DNA from: Narcine bancroftii
Lineage: Eukaryota
Assembly: GCF_036971445.1 (NCBI RefSeq)
Contig: NC_091482.1
Location: forward strand, 1,426,001 to 1,490,000
Direction: 5' to 3'
Length of the DNA stretch: 64,000 nucleotides
Part shown: in pieces, positions 36,136-49,530 of the stretch
How positions within the stretch are numbered: position 1 is the stretch's first letter
Layout of the letters: the number at the start of each line of letters is the position of its first letter
Notes under the pieces: generated by a model
Told to the model about the DNA's origin: nothing
Databases searched by the model: none
Seen by the model: only the letters and a program-made list of their open reading frames with translations
Position numbers and translations under genes: made by a program

Positions 36136-36625
36136 TCTGCAGTGTGTGACATTTTCACCCTAAGGAAAAGACCCTGTCCCACTGAGTGCAAGCAAGTGGT
36201 TTCATCTAATTATGGTGGGAGCATATGGTCACTCTGAGTATTCAAATACCTTTGGGTCTAAGGAATCACACAGATGGTTGAAAAGCTTCTGAGGACAGAA
36301 ATCCCGGACTCTCCAAATGAGTGTCATGGTGTCTGAGTCTTTGGACTTCCTTTTTGACCATATGTCACCTTCCCTGGATGGCACATCTCCATTTCCCAGT
36401 CACATCCAACTGTCCCACCGTCCTGTGGCTGCTGGTGACAAAGTGTGCACAGCAGGATCCCACATTTCCACACTGGGTAGGGAGGAGGGAGGGCTGGGGC
36501 AGAGAGTCCTGGAGTGCATTGGTCTACTGGAGTGTATTCCTGACAATGCCAGCTCTGTCGAACGGCAGTTGGTGCCTGAGGTCTAACCTGTGTTTTCTCT
36601 TGCAGAGCCCTGTTCAGCAGGCAAC

Positions 36626-36688
36626 ATGAAGACCTGGACCTTTGTGGCCATTCTCTTGTGTTTATTCAAGCCTACACTCACCACTCAT
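36626..36688 (+). CDS. SERPINF2: SERPINF2 first coding exon, signal peptide MKTWTFVAILLCLFKPTLTTH
   Basis: Acceptor at 36605, CAACATGA context, hydrophobic leader, gtaaac donor. Confidence 0.75.
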
Positions 36689-37502
36689 GTAAACTGTAAC
36701 CTCTGCTCCCTCACCTGAGACCCTCTCTGTCCCTCCCTCTTCCTTTCCTCAGTCACTGCACCTCTCTGAGTTCTCGCTGGAAATCCCACCAGCAGGTCCT
36801 GGAAGGGCTGGATGGCTTCTCCCCAGTGCTGGGACCGTTACCTAGGGATCAGAACTCCCATGGTACTGGGTGGTCACCTAGGCATCGGGGTTCCCCAGGG
36901 TGCTGGGCAGAATCACGTAGAGATCAGGACTCCCTCGGGTGCTGGGTGGTCACTTAGGCATCAGGACTCCTCAGGGTGCTGGGTAGAATCACCCAGGGAT
37001 CAGAACTCCCCCGGGTGCTGGGCAGAGTCACCTAGAGATCAGAACACCCCAACCCCAGATGCTGGGTAGTCGCCCAGGGATCGGGTTCCTGACATGCTCT
37101 ACCCTGTGCTGCCCCTCAGACAGCCATCCCACACCAGTCTCAGAACCACCCCAACCAGCCTAGCCCTCTCATACTGAGACCCTCCTGACTGAGGACAGCG
37201 GCTGACCTGCTGAGTCCCATCACCGGGCAATCTTAAACCCAAGCAGCCCCCTCCTGCTCATTCTGGGGATGTCCTGAATCAGTGATGCATTATTCTGGGC
37301 GCTGGTCAGTGAGATGGTCACTTCGGGTACTGGTCACTGAAACATCTCAAGACCCCCCTTCGTCCCTCTCTCGTGCCTAGTGTATCTCCTGAGCTGAGAT
37401 GTGTAATCACTCACAGCTCACACTGTGTCTTGCCCAGTGCAACTCAACTTTGCCCTCTCTCTCTCTCTCTCCTCCTCTCCCCCCCACCCCCCCCCCCCAC
37501 AG

Positions 37503-37553
37503 GGAAAGGATGCCTTGGTTTGCCAAAACACTGCCGATTCCGCAAATCCTGAG
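37503..37553 (+). CDS. SERPINF2: SERPINF2 small N-terminal exon (GKDALVCQNTADSANPE)
   Basis: Long pyrimidine tract + cag, gtcaga donor, phase 0-0. Confidence 0.55.
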
Positions 37554-38964
37554 GTCAGAACCGTGTAACACAGCGTGCAGCTGTAGGAAGTGTGCATGGG
37601 ATTGTGTGAGGAACCAGCGGTGCGCACATGGCTATGGGGAGGGTGTGCAGAACCTGCGATGCACATGTGGCTGTGGGGAGCATGCATGGGATTGTGTGTG
37701 GAACCAGTGGTGCGCGTATAGCTGTGGGCAGAGTGCATGGGAATGTATGTGGAACCAATAGTGTGCACATAGCTGTAGGGAGTATGCGCAGGAATGACCA
37801 AGGAACCAGCATAGATGATCAACTGTTGTATATTCCTGGACCTGTCTGGACAGTCTGTGCCAGCAGCACTGGCTGTTGCTCTGGATTGGGAAGGAGAGGT
37901 AGGATGGTTACCTGTCAGATGGGCAGAGTTCCCCAGAACCCAGGCAGCAGAGGCTGATCAGAACACTCCTGACTGGGAGTGGGATCACCACCTCTGCTCC
38001 TGGAGGCCGAGTTCCAGCAGTGAAATTTGGAAATGGTGCAACCTCAAGTGGGAGAGTGTTACAACATGACCAGCAGCAATAGAAATTCCCCAAGACAATG
38101 GTGGTTTTTAATTATTAACTATTAATAATATTAAGTCTTACTTAACCCCACTATGCGCAAATGTGTGTATGTGTGTGTGTGGCCATTTCCAAAACTATTA
38201 AAGTTTAGGTATATTTGTGAAAAGTCCATTTTAAAGTTTAGTTTCAGAAATCTTTTGTATTTAAACTGAAAATCTTTACTGTTGTTCTCAAAACTCACGA
38301 CTTGTAGAGTTGTTTTCAGAGAATTGTTTCTTCACATGAATTATTTCACTCTCTTGCATGGTGGTCACAGAACTTGTTTTACACATTGAGTTCACACCCA
38401 GGCAAAGTTACATGAAGTGTCCATTTAAAAATGGATAGGATAGACCTGCCCTCTTTTGACAAAAAGACCTTAAAATAGTTCTTTCTCTTTGAAACCACGG
38501 ATTCTGTGTATTTCCCATGACAAGGAAAACACAGCACAACACTACCTCTCTCACTGAAGGCTACTGCATTTCTCCCTTCAGATGATGACTGGTGCAATAT
38601 TAAAAATGCCTTCTTGGAGGTGCAATCACATGACATGACATCACTCCTGATTCTGTTTGAAGTCTCATCTCTTCCAAACATAGGAGTTGATAGTTACGAT
38701 TTATCTGCTCAGGTCACAAGCAAATGGCTTTGTGTGGAGACAAATCATTGAAGCAAAGGTCAGCTTGTTTGAACAGATGCATCTCTCAGCAACTCCATTG
38801 CCTTTAGTTTCAATGAAGAATCACTTCTGACTTTAATGGTTGTTTATACAACTTCAGCTGTATATAATGTTGCGTCTCTCAAAATGGTTTCTTAACATAG
38901 GCTCAGTAATATATCTTTATCTCCTATGGACCCTGTGAAACTGGCTGAGTCCCTCCAGCAGATT

Positions 38965-39395
38965 GTCAAGGCAAGTTTAATGTTATCTGATTGTACAAGT
39001 ACAACCCAACGAAACAGCATTCTCTGGTCCTTGGTGCAAAACACACAGACACACACCCAGACAAATAATACATATCATTTATATAAATAAATAGATGTTG
39101 TTTCAGGGGTATGAGAGTCTCATAGGGTCAGTGTGAGCAGCTCCTTTGGTCGATCAGCATTCTCACTGACCGTGGGAGAAAGCTGTTCACCTCAGCCTGG
39201 AGGTGCTGGCTCTGATCCTCCTGGATCTCACCCCCAACAGGAGCAGCTGGAAGATGCTGTGAGTGGGGTGGAAGGGGTCCTCGATGATTTTGCGCACCCT
39301 CTTCAGACAATGATCCCAGTAGATCATGTCGATGGGGGGAAGAGGGAGACTCCAGTGATCCTCTCTGCTGCTCTTGTGGTCCTGTGGATTGACCC
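38965..39395 (-). mobile_element. Rex1/Babar-like LINE 3' fragment
   Basis: KIIEDPFHPTHSIFQLL...R.RRIRASTSRLR remnant. Confidence 0.75.
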
Positions 39396-39468
39396 CTGAT
39401 CCATCCGATCTGTGTTTATACTTTGACTCTTGGGCCTGCCTGATCTGATCTGTGTCCAATTTCCACAG

Positions 39469-39775
39469 GCCAAGAAAGGAGCGGTGGTGGATGAGCCCAG
39501 GGTGACCTCAGCTCCCAACACCAGCCAGGGTCCGGGAGGGACCTACCAACCAGACGTTGCCCCATCGGATTCCAAAGTGATGTTGGTGGAACCAGAAGGG
39601 GGGCAAGAGGAGCAGTGTTCGGGGCCTACGCCACCAGCGAGTCTACAGCTTCTGGGAAAGGCCATTGCTAACTTTGGCATAGACACGTTCAAGAAGGTTT
39701 TGACAGAAACCAAGAGGCCGAATGTGGTCATCTCCCCTCTCAGCATCGTGCTGGGTCTAGCTCAGCTTGCACTGG
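39469..39775 (+). CDS. SERPINF2: SERPINF2 exon (helix A; NVVISPLSIVLGLAQLALG)
   Basis: Serpin N-terminal motif; phases 0->1. Confidence 0.92.
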
Positions 39776-40806
39776 GTAACATGCTTGCTCTGTCTGGGGA
39801 AGTGGGGATGGGAGATGGAGGGGAGGAAATGGACAAGGGAAGCTCCTTGGCAGCCCCACATGATCAATTCAAGATTCAGTTTATTGTCATGTAATAAAAA
39901 GTGTCAATATTACATGAAATTGCCTTTTGCCGGCTGTAAGGCAGATTCACCATCGGCAGATATTACCTGAAGTGTCTCTTAGAGTCAGAGAAAGAGAAGC
40001 AAAAGTGAGTTCCACCCAGAGTCACCTGGTGTCCGTGGATTCACCTCCAGTGCTTTCACATTCCCTGCAGCCTCAGCTCCAGATCTGAGCTTCTAACACG
40101 GTCAGGAACCCGTCAGCACCCTCTTGCATCTCAGTTCCGAGACCTGGTACCCCTTCAGCCAGCTTCGAGCCAGTCTTCAACTGTTGGTGGCCCTCACTTC
40201 AATTATCCAACATCCTGCTGCCTGTGTGTTCTTCAGCCTCCGAACCTTTCACTGGTCCACTGCTGTGTTCACTGTCCCATGGGTCGTCTCCTCTCCTCAA
40301 ATGGAGTGGGGGTTGGTCTCCATGTTTTCTTGTGCCTTGTACTGGTGCTCCGCTTTCCCAGAGTCTGCCACCCTTCAAGACATTTGCCGAACACAAGCAC
40401 CATCATCTTGGGCGCAGACCCCATGGCTGTGGGATTAAATGAGAGGGGATGGGTAGAGGTTGTAGGTGAGATGACAGAACAGGCTGAAAGGCTGAATGGC
40501 CTTCTGCTCCAATGACTGCAATGTCAAGAGTAGTTGAGGATGAGCCTCCCAGCTCCAGAGAGCCTGATTCGATCCCCACCTCTGCTGCTCTCCCGCTGGG
40601 AACTCTGGTTCCCCATGTCCTGGAGACCTGTGGGTTACTTGCCCCCAGTGTGAGGGTGAAGGGAAGAGTATGGGGAATTTGATGGAATGGGTTATGGAGA
40701 AAAGTAATGGGAAATGGGACAGCAGATTTGATGGGCAAAATAGCCTCTGAAGTGAGCCTGTTATGGCTGCGTGAACCAGCTCTGATCTTCACACCCTGTG
40801 CTTCAG

Positions 40807-40950
40807 GTTCGGCAAACAGAACGGAAAGGGAATTGCTGAGAGCTCTCCACTTTGACCCTCTGCACTGCTCGCACGATGCCCTGCATACAGCCGTCAATTC
40901 GTTCAGCCACACCGTGCTCTGTGTTGCATCCACACTCTACATCCAGCAGG
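40807..40950 (+). CDS. SERPINF2: SERPINF2 exon (SANRTERELLRALHFDPLHCSH...YIQQ)
   Basis: cag/gtgagg; 144 bp, phase 1-1. Confidence 0.92.
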
Positions 40951-41676
40951 GTGAGGCACCAAAACCCCACCAGGCAGGGGACGGACTGGCTGGGGCAGGG
41001 GGACAGTTGGGCCGGACGTTGTTATTTTAAACACTGGGTAGGATCCATGGTGGTGGTGGAGAGTATGAAATGGGCAGGGTGTGTGTGTGTGGTGGGGGGG
41101 GGGGGGGGGCTGGTGGTGGTGGTGTATCTGCATGAAGGTGTGTGTCGGTGTGAAGGTGTGCGCAGTGACCAGGCATGTGGGGATGCACGCCCGGTGACCA
41201 GGTGTGGGTTCACTTACTTGGGTGAGTGGATGGTCCCCGACCCAGCGATGTGTGTGATGCCCTGATGGTACCAAGAAATAGGAGCAGGAGTCGGCCATCC
41301 AGCCCATCGAGCCTGTTCCACTATTCAACGGCTGATCCAATCACTGACTCAACTCCACCAACCTGCCTTTTCCCCCATATCCCTAAATTCCTTTTTTATG
41401 TAAAAATCTATCCAACTGAACCTTAAATATGTTTAATGAAGTTGCTTCAACCCCTTCTCTGGGCAGAGAATTCCACAGATTTACAAATGGGAAAAACAGC
41501 TTTTCCTCATCTCCATCTTAAATCTGCTCCCCTGAATCTTGAGGCTGTGTCCCCTAGCTCTGGTCTCACCTCCCAGTGAAAACAATTTTCCTGTTTCTTT
41601 CTTATCTATCCCTTTCATAATTTTATAATTCTATTTTTCTTTTTCTCTGTCCTAACTCTAGCTTTGGTCCTCAGTG

Positions 41677-42750
41677 GCCCGCACCTCACTGGCCCGCACC
41701 TCACTGGCCCGCACCTCACTGGCCCCCTCCTCACTGGCCCGCTCCTCACTGGCCCGCTCCTCACTGGCCCGCTCCTCACTGGCCCGCTCCTCACTGGCCC
41801 GCTCCTCACTGGCCCGCTCCTCACTGGCCCGCTCCTCACTGGCCCGCTCCTCACTGGCCCGCTCCTCACTGGCCCGCTCCTCACTGGCCCGCTCCTCACT
41901 GGCCCGCTCCTCACTGGCCCGCTCCTCACTGGCCCGCTCCTCACTGGCCCGCTCCTCACTGGCCCGCTCCTCACTGGCCCGCTCCTCACTGGCCCGCTCC
42001 TCACTGGCCCGCTCCTCACTGGCCCGCTCCTCACTGGCCCGCTCCTCACTGGCCCGCTCCTCACTGGCCCGCTCCTCACTGGCCCGCTCCTCACTGGCCC
42101 GCTCCTCACTGGCCCGCTCCTCACTGGCCCGCTCCTCACTGGCCCGCTCCTCACTGGCCCGCTCCTCACTGGCCCGCTCCTCACTGGCCCGCTCCTCACT
42201 GGCCCGCTCCTCACTGGCCCGCTCCTCACTGGCCCGCTCCTCACTGGCCCGCTCCTCACTGGCCCGCTCCTCACTGGCCCGCTCCTCACTGGCCCGCTCC
42301 TCACTGGCCCGCTCCTCACTGGCCCGCTCCTCACTGGCCCGCTCCTCACTGGCCCGCTCCTCACTGGCCCGCTCCTCACTGGCCCGCTCCTCACTGGCCC
42401 GCTCCTCACTGGCCCGCTCCTCACTGGCCCGCTCCTCACTGGCCCGCTCCTCACTGGCCCGCTCCTCACTGGCCCGCTCCTCACTGGCCCGCTCCTCACT
42501 GGCCCGCTCCTCACTGGCCCGCTCCTCACTGGCCCGCTCCTCACTGGCCCGCTCCTCACTGGCCCGCTCCTCACTGGCCCGCTCCTCACTGGCCCGCTCC
42601 TCACTGGCCCGCTCCTCACTGGCCCGCTCCTCACTGGCCCGCTCCTCACTGGCCCGCTCCTCACTGGCCCGCTCCTCACTGGCCCGCTCCTCACTGGCCC
42701 GCTCCTCACTGGCCCGCTCCTCACTGGCCCGCTCCTCACTGGCCCGCTCC
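41677..42750. repeat. Near-perfect 15-bp minisatellite (CACTGGCCCGCTCCT), ~71 units
   Basis: Direct periodicity; explains the SEERA/RSGPV/LTGPL/SSLAR ORFs. Confidence 0.98.
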
Positions 42751-43095
42751 TTGACCTTCTCCTTTTTATTGGCCCCCACCAATTAACCCTGTTGCCCTGT
42801 CACTCACCCCTTGCTCCCCCTCCTCACTGCTCCTTTGCCTCTCGCTTCGTGCTCGAACTAGGTCCGAGACCAGTAAGTGTGCCCTTTTACCTAGTGGCCC
42901 TGCCACTCGCTCCTCCTCCTCACTGCTCCTTTGCCTCTCGCCCGAGGCAGTGAGGGAGATACCCCGTGGAGGTGCTTGATGCCTGGTGTGTTTGATGGCA
43001 GCGTGTGCGCTGCCTGGATGAGTTTGCGATGGCCGGTTTGTGTGGCAGTCCCCGTCTGTGCTGGCATTAATTCCAGGGTGTCTTGGATCCTGCAG

Positions 43096-43299
43096 GTTTC
43101 CACTTGAAGCCTGGCTTCCTGAAGGAGATGGAACAGTTTTACAAATCCATTCCACAGACTCTGAGTGGTGTGAGTGCCAATGACACCAGGAAGGTCAACT
43201 CCTGGGTGGAGAAAATGACCGGTGGCAAAATCAAAACCTTCCTGAAGAATGTTCCAGGAAACATTGACCTGCTTCTGGTCAATGCCGTCAACTTTAAAG
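43096..43299 (+). CDS. SERPINF2: SERPINF2 exon (FHLKPGF...VNSWVEKMTGGKIK...NAVNFKG)
   Basis: Serpin N.WV...T.GKI and NA..FKG motifs. Confidence 0.95.
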
Positions 43300-43583
43300 G
43301 TGTGTGTTACAGCCCAAAAGGTGGGAGGTGGACATCACTGGGGGCATAGACTGGATCCCACATACGGTCCCTCACTAGGGGATGGGTCCCACACACACAC
43401 GGACCCTCACTGGGGGACAGGTCCCACACACACTGACCCTTACTGGTGGACAGGTCTCACGCATTGACCCTCACTGGGGGATGGGTCCCACACACTGACC
43501 CTCACTGGGGGACGGGTCCCACACACTGGGCAGCATGTGGGGAGAGCAGGCGTGAATACTGTGTTTGTATCCTGCCCACACAG

Positions 43584-43726
43584 GCTTGTGGCAAGTTCAG
43601 TTTGACCCTCGGGCCACCATCTCTGAGCCCTTCTACCTACAGGATGGCAGCTTGGTGCATATCCCAATGATGCAGCATCCCAAGTACCCCGTCAGCATCT
43701 TCCACCATGAGGAGCTCCAGAGTGAG
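43584..43726 (+). CDS. SERPINF2: SERPINF2 exon (LWQVQFDPRAT...HIPMMQHPKYP...QSE)
   Basis: W...FD...T...F / PMM motifs; phases 1->0. Confidence 0.95.
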
Positions 43727-44164
43727 GTGAGGAACATTGGAGACCAGGGCTGCACCCAGTCACACACCTTGGCTCAGAACAGACACCCTTCTTCATGGGG
43801 ATGGTTCCTGAATGAGGGGGTCCTGTGCAGAGACCCCTGTCCATGGGTCTGGTCTCTGTGAGGGTCCTATGCAGAGACCCCTGTCCATGGGGACAGTTCT
43901 TGGTTGTGAGGGTCCTGTGCAGAGACCCCTGTCCATGGGGATGGTTCCTGGTTGTGACGTCATGTGCAGAAACCTTTGTCCAGGGGGCCAGTCTCCATGA
44001 GGGCAGGAGAGATGGCGGGGCAGTGGGAGGAGACAATCCCACAGGCAGAAGGTAACAGGTGGATAAAGGAAGGAGGGCACAGCAGCAAACAGGGGGAGGG
44101 GGAAGGGGGTGAAGAGCTGGAGGGAAGGAGACAGAGGGTTGGGGAAGGGAGAGAGAACGGGGAG

Positions 44165-44420
44165 AGGGCCAGCAGGAACCAGAGAAGTCGATGTTAATGC
44201 CTTCTGGTTGAAAAGTGTCCAGATGGAAAATTAGATGTTGCCCCTCCATTATAAGGGTGGTCTTGGTTGGACAGTACACAAGGCCAAGGACAGACATGTG
44301 AGTATGGGGGTGGGGCGTGGAATTGAAGTGGTCGGACACTGGGAGATCCCTGTCACTGATGCGGACAGAGAAGGTGCTCAGTGAAGTGATCGTCCCGTCT
44401 GTGTCCAGTCTCCCCGATGT
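44165..44420 (-). mobile_element. Penelope-like element GIY-YIG endonuclease remnant
   Basis: DLPVSDHFNSTPH.H..MSVLGL...EGQHLIFHL.T.QP.GIN.DFS. Confidence 0.75.
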
Positions 44421-44479
44421 CACAACAGGAGCACCGGAGGCAGTAGATCTTCATCTCCTCCGAAGCTGCTCGGCCTGCT

Positions 44480-44640
44480 GAGTCCCCCCGGAGGCCGAGT
44501 CCCCCCGGAGGCCGAGTCCCCCCGGAGGCCGAGTCCCCCCGGAGGCCGAGTCCCCCCGGAGGCCGAGTCCCCCCGGAGGCCGAGTCCCCCCGGAGGCCGA
44601 GTCCCCCCGGAGGCCGAGTCCCCCCGGAGGCCGAGTTCCC
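44480..44640. repeat. 17-bp tandem repeat (GAGTCCCCCCGGAGGCC), ~9 units
   Basis: Direct periodicity. Confidence 0.95.
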
Positions 44641-45153
44641 CAGATGAAGGCTGGTCTGTGGGCAGCTTGTTGGAGCTGGTTGGGTCCTGGGACCTGCTAA
44701 ATCTGGATTGATGGTGATTGATGTTCACTGACTCTGGCTGTTACCACACACCCAGTCTGTGCTAAATGGGGGTGGGATGGAGGGGCTGTTGACGAGAATC
44801 CAGGGAGTAATCCGCTCAGGACGGAATGTAGGAAACGGCACTCGGTGATGCCAAAACTTTGGAATTTCCAAGCATTTGGGCATTAGGCTTTCAGATGGGC
44901 TGAACAGCCCATGGGTTGGAGAACTTCCATCAAAACCAGTTCCACCACCTGTGTCCAGGAGGGACCTCAGAGTGAGGCATGATCTTGACCGCACAGTGTT
45001 GGGTCAAGGTCAAGTGCTGAGGACGGGCAGTGGGGACAGGCAACAGGGATGGGAGATGGAGATGGGTGGTGGGGATGGGGCTGGGCAGTGATGGATGTTC
45101 TCAGGACTTATGTCCTTTGTAACCAGCATGGGTTTGATGTGTCACCTCGTTAG

Positions 45154-45352
45154 GTTATCAAGATGACCTTCAAACAAAACATCAGCTTCATTGTGGTGAA
45201 GCCCATGGTGAACCAGAAACTTGATGCCGTTGTCAGCCGCGTCAACATCTCTGATATCCTGCGATATGTCAAGGCCCGGCCGATGATGGTCAAGCTGCCC
45301 AAACTCAACTTCAACTTCGGTTTGGACCTGAAGGTTGCTTTACGGAGTCTTG
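45154..45352 (+). CDS. SERPINF2: SERPINF2 exon (VIKMTFKQNISFIVVKP...VKLPKLNF...LRSL)
   Basis: tag/gtgggt; V.LPK motif; phases 0->1. Confidence 0.93.
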
Positions 45353-45986
45353 GTGGGTTCTGGTGCTCCCCCCCGTCCTGGTGTTTTCCCCGTCCCATCC
45401 CGTTATTTCATATCCCCCTGTCCAAGTGTTTTTCCGTTTCTCCCCCCATCCCAGTGTTTATCCTCCCGTCCCAGTATTCCCCCCCCCCCCCCGTCCCAGT
45501 GTTTCATGCCCCATCCCAGTATTCTCCCCCGCTCCGTCCCGGTGTTTCACCCCCCCATCTTGGTGTTTCTCCCCCGTTCCAGTGTCTTACCCCCCCCCAG
45601 TTCCGGTGTTCCCCCCCCGTTCCGATGTTCCCCCCCGCTTCTGTCTTGGTGTTTCTCACCCTTCCCTGTGTTTTCCCATCCTGATGTTCCCCATCCCGGT
45701 GTTTCCCTGCTCCCCTGTCCCAGTGTTCCCTCTGCCTGTTCCGGTGTTTCCTCCTGTCCTGGTATGTCTCCCCTCCCCCCCCCCCCATTCCGGTGTTCCC
45801 CCTGCCCGTTCTGGTGTTTCCTCCTGCCCCGGTATTTCCCTCTGTCCTGGTGTTTCCCCCACTCCGTTCCAGTGTTTCCTCCTAACCCAATGTCCCTTCT
45901 CCCCGTGAGCTTTGCATCTCCCCACTGACCTCTCTCACCCCACCTCTGACCTCTTACCTCTTCTTCTACCTGTCCCAACACTACAG

Positions 45987-46309
45987 GCCTCGACAGCCTC
46001 TTCATGAGCCCTGACCTGAGCCGTATGTCAAGTAGGCCGCTGGCCGTGTCTGCCGTGTACCACAAGGCCACCATGGAGGTGACGGAGGAGGGCGTGGAGG
46101 CTGCAGCCAGTACCGGGGTCGTCATCAACCGCTCCCTGTTGCAGTGCATCATCAACCGTCCGTTCTTCTTCCTCATCCAGGATGACAGACTGGGCATCCC
46201 CCTCTTCCTTGGCACAGTCAAGGACCCCCAGCCCGGGCTGCGGAAGGAGTGGAAGGAGAAGATGACTTTGGACCAGATGATGGAGGTGGGGAAGCCCAGC
46301 CCCAAGTGA
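45987..46309 (+). CDS. SERPINF2: SERPINF2 last exon (RCL EEGVEAAASTGVVINR-SLL, NRPFFF, tail ...GKPSPK*)
   Basis: Inhibitory hinge, putative P1 Arg, C-terminal extension ending in Lys; synteny. Confidence 0.95.
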
Positions 46310-46459
46310 GAGGTGGGCTTGGATCACCGTCGCACCGTGCTTCGTGTCATACAAATTACCGATTCCCAGTTCCCTCTCAGCTCCTGCTCCTGCCCTGCTA
46401 ATTTGGCCGCAGCCTGAACACCACTGTCTCCGCTGAAGCATCAGGGGGCTTTTGTCTTT

Positions 46460-49400
46460 TGAATATTTTATTTAAAATTTTTTCCATGCATGTAATTAGT
46501 AAATGTTTAAATAAAGCAGTAATGATTAAATTTATGAAATTACAATGGTTATATGATGGGGTTTTTACCCTGCCCTTACCCTCCCTCCCTATATACCCCC
46601 CCACACAAAAAATATAAATGAGATATAAAGTGTAGAAAAGGAAGAAGAAAATAGTTTCCTGGATTGCTCGAAGGGTCAGTTCGCCCATTGGGATCCCACA
46701 GTGTTTGTACAGCCATTTTGGGGAAGAAGATTATCACAGGCCTCAAGAGGCCAGATGTACATTTTTACATATTTACCCTGAAACTTTGCATAAACACGTT
46801 CAAAATTTTCAAAAAAGTGGCATATTTATCTCTTAAATTGTTTGTGATTTCATCCAAAGGAATGTAATTATTGGTTCCTTCTCCCCCGACCTGAACATGC
46901 ATCTGATTTCCAGCTCACTGTGATACACTTCTTTGCCATTGCTAAAGCTATTTTAATAAATTTTACTTGATAAAATTATAATTTTAACTTTGGTCTTGTT
47001 CCTTCTATATTCCCCAATAAAAATAAGTCTAGGTTTTCAATACGATCCCAGGAATTTGTTCTAAAGAATTTCCCAAGTCCACCCAAAAAGGCCTTACTTT
47101 AGAACTAGTGGAGTGTAAAAAGGTTTCTGTCTCTTCACCACATCTAAAATTTTGATGAATCCTATTTCATTCTATTCAATTTTTGCAGTGTTAAATGTAA
47201 TTGCTGCAGATAATAAAATTGAACTCATCTCTTCCTTACATTTATAATGTTTGTCATAAAGTCCCGACAAAGATTTGACCATCTTTTCTCACGTTAATGG
47301 ACTCCCTGTGCCTGCTTATAATAAAAATACATTGAAGAAATAAATTTCTAGGTGTTACCTCTCCTGATGAGAGTTTCCAGCTCTCTACCAGCCGGTAAGA
47401 ATATTGTTGGACCTAACTTTTCCCACAGAAATCCTCTCATTGAAGATCGCAAAGAAGTGAGTTATTCCATATTTATTCCTTAATTGTTGACATGACATCA
47501 ATTGACCTTGTTCATAAAAATCTTTGATATTTTTAATACCTTTGTGAAACTAAATATTAAAAAATTGATTATCTTTAGTGAAAGGTAAAAGATTATTTTG
47601 AATGCAAGTTGTGTTAGGTGATGGACTTCCTTTTGTTCCAATTTTGTTATTTATCTTGTTCCAAAGAGTGATCAAGTATTTCAGCAAAGATGTTTCTTCA
47701 ACACCAGACATTAATTTTGAATCCCAGTTATATATAAATTCCTCTGCGAATCTCCCTCCTATTTTATTCAACTCTATTTTAACCCAGCTGGTTTTTCTGA
47801 TCCTTCAAAAAAAAGTGAGAAATCTCATCTGAGCTGCTTGATAATAATTCTTCAAGTTAGGAAGCTGTAGGTCTCCCGATTCCTATTTCCATGTTAATCT
47901 TTCTATAGAAACTCTTGACATTTTACCTTTCCAAAGAAATGTCCTTACACATTATTTAATTTTTGAAAAAGAACTTTTGTGGTCATAGTATTGGTAAGGT
48001 TTGAAAAAGATATTGTATTTGTGGAAAAACATTAATCTTAATAGAGTTAATGCTTCCTACTAACGTTATTGGCAGGGTCGGCCATTTTTAAATATCTTCA
48101 ACTTTTTTTAAGTAGTGGTGAATAATTCAGTTTATATAGATTATTTAAATCATTATCTATCCAAATCCATAAATATTTAATTGCCTCTTTTGGACATTTC
48201 TTTGACAAAGGCTATAATCTCGTGTAAGGAGCATAATTTCATTTATGTCCCAATTTATTTTATAACCTGAAATCTTACCACATTCTATCAGATATATTAA
48301 AACATCATCTGAATATAAACTAACTTTATGCTCTTTCTGACCAACCTTAAACCCCTTAATTTCTAAGTCTTTATTAATTCCTTCCACTAGTGGCTCTATA
48401 GCTAAAATGAACAGAGCTAGGGATAAGGGACAACCTTGTTTTCTGGATCGCGCCAATTGAAATGGAGAGGTCATTTGTCCTTTGAGTTACTGCTTTTGCT
48501 TTAGGGGTATTATATAGTGCAGTTTATAAAAGTTTAACCACACCTGAATTTATCTAGGACTTTATACAAGGAGTCCCACTCCAGTCTATCAAACATTTTT
48601 TCTGCATCTAGAGTCACTGCTATACTCACATCTTTCCTCCTTTGTGCTGATTGTCTCTTTTTCACAAATCCTGTCTGATTCATGTTTATTAATTTAGGCA
48701 ATAATTCAGCAACTCTATTCGCCAGTATTTTAGCAAGAATTTTTAAGTCTGCATTTAATAATGAGATAGATCTATATGAAGGCAAAGGAGGAAAAACCCA
48801 ACACCCAACCCCAACCAACCAATTTTCCCCTGCAACCGCTGCAACCGTGTCTGCCTGTCCCGCATCGGACTTGTCAGCCACAAACGAGCCTGCAGCTGAC
48901 GTGGACTTTTTACCCCCTCCATAAATCTTTGTCCACGAAGCCAAGCCAAAGAGATCTATATGATGAGGATTTTAAAGGATCTCTCTTTTTTGGATTCACA
49001 ATAATTATTGCTGTTGAAAATGAATCTGGGAGAGTATCAGTTGTTGATGCTTGATCTAACATTTCCATAAAAAAAGGAATCAATATGTCTTTAAATTTTT
49101 TTATAAAATTCAGGTGGGAAGCCATCTTCCCCCAGGGACTTGTTACTTTGTAATGAACTCATTACCTCCTTCACCTCTAATTGTATAAAGTTTGTACTCA
49201 ATTCCATTTGTTCTTCCATATTCAATCTAGGTAAATTTATCCTGGATAAATATCTGTCTATTTTATTATAATCTTTTAAGGACTCTGAACTATATAATTT
49301 GGAATAAAAGTTCTTAAAAGATTCATTTATTTCTTGAGGTTTATAACTAACCACATTCAAGTCATTTTTAAGTGCATTAATTGTTTTACAAGCCTGTTCC

Positions 49401-49530
49401 GGTTTCAATTGGCACGCAAGTACTTTGTGCGCTGATCACCTAATTCATAGCACCTCTGTTTAGTTCTTGTCATCACCTTTTCTGTTCTACAGGTCTGTAG
49501 TGTATTATTGAAGTTTTTTTGTTAATTAGT
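46460..49530 (-). mobile_element. Degenerate L1/Tx1-clade LINE ORF2 and 3' end
   Basis: GEDGFPPEFYK, YRSISLLNADLKILAKILANR, LDAEK.FDRLEW, QGCPLS..LF.LAIEPL, SLYSDD fragments. Confidence 0.9.
48780..48951 (+). mobile_element. Very short 5'-truncated RTE insertion inside L1
   Basis: RTE 3' end; 12-bp TSD AGATCTATATGA at 48768-79 / 48952-63. Confidence 0.92.

Noticed and set aside
38057-38897. Possible second solo LTR (TGTTA...TAACA, AT-rich)
   Set aside because: No target-site duplication and only 5-bp termini
41615-42953. SEERA/RSGPV/LTGPL/SSLAR repeat proteins
   Set aside because: Translations of a 15-bp intronic minisatellite
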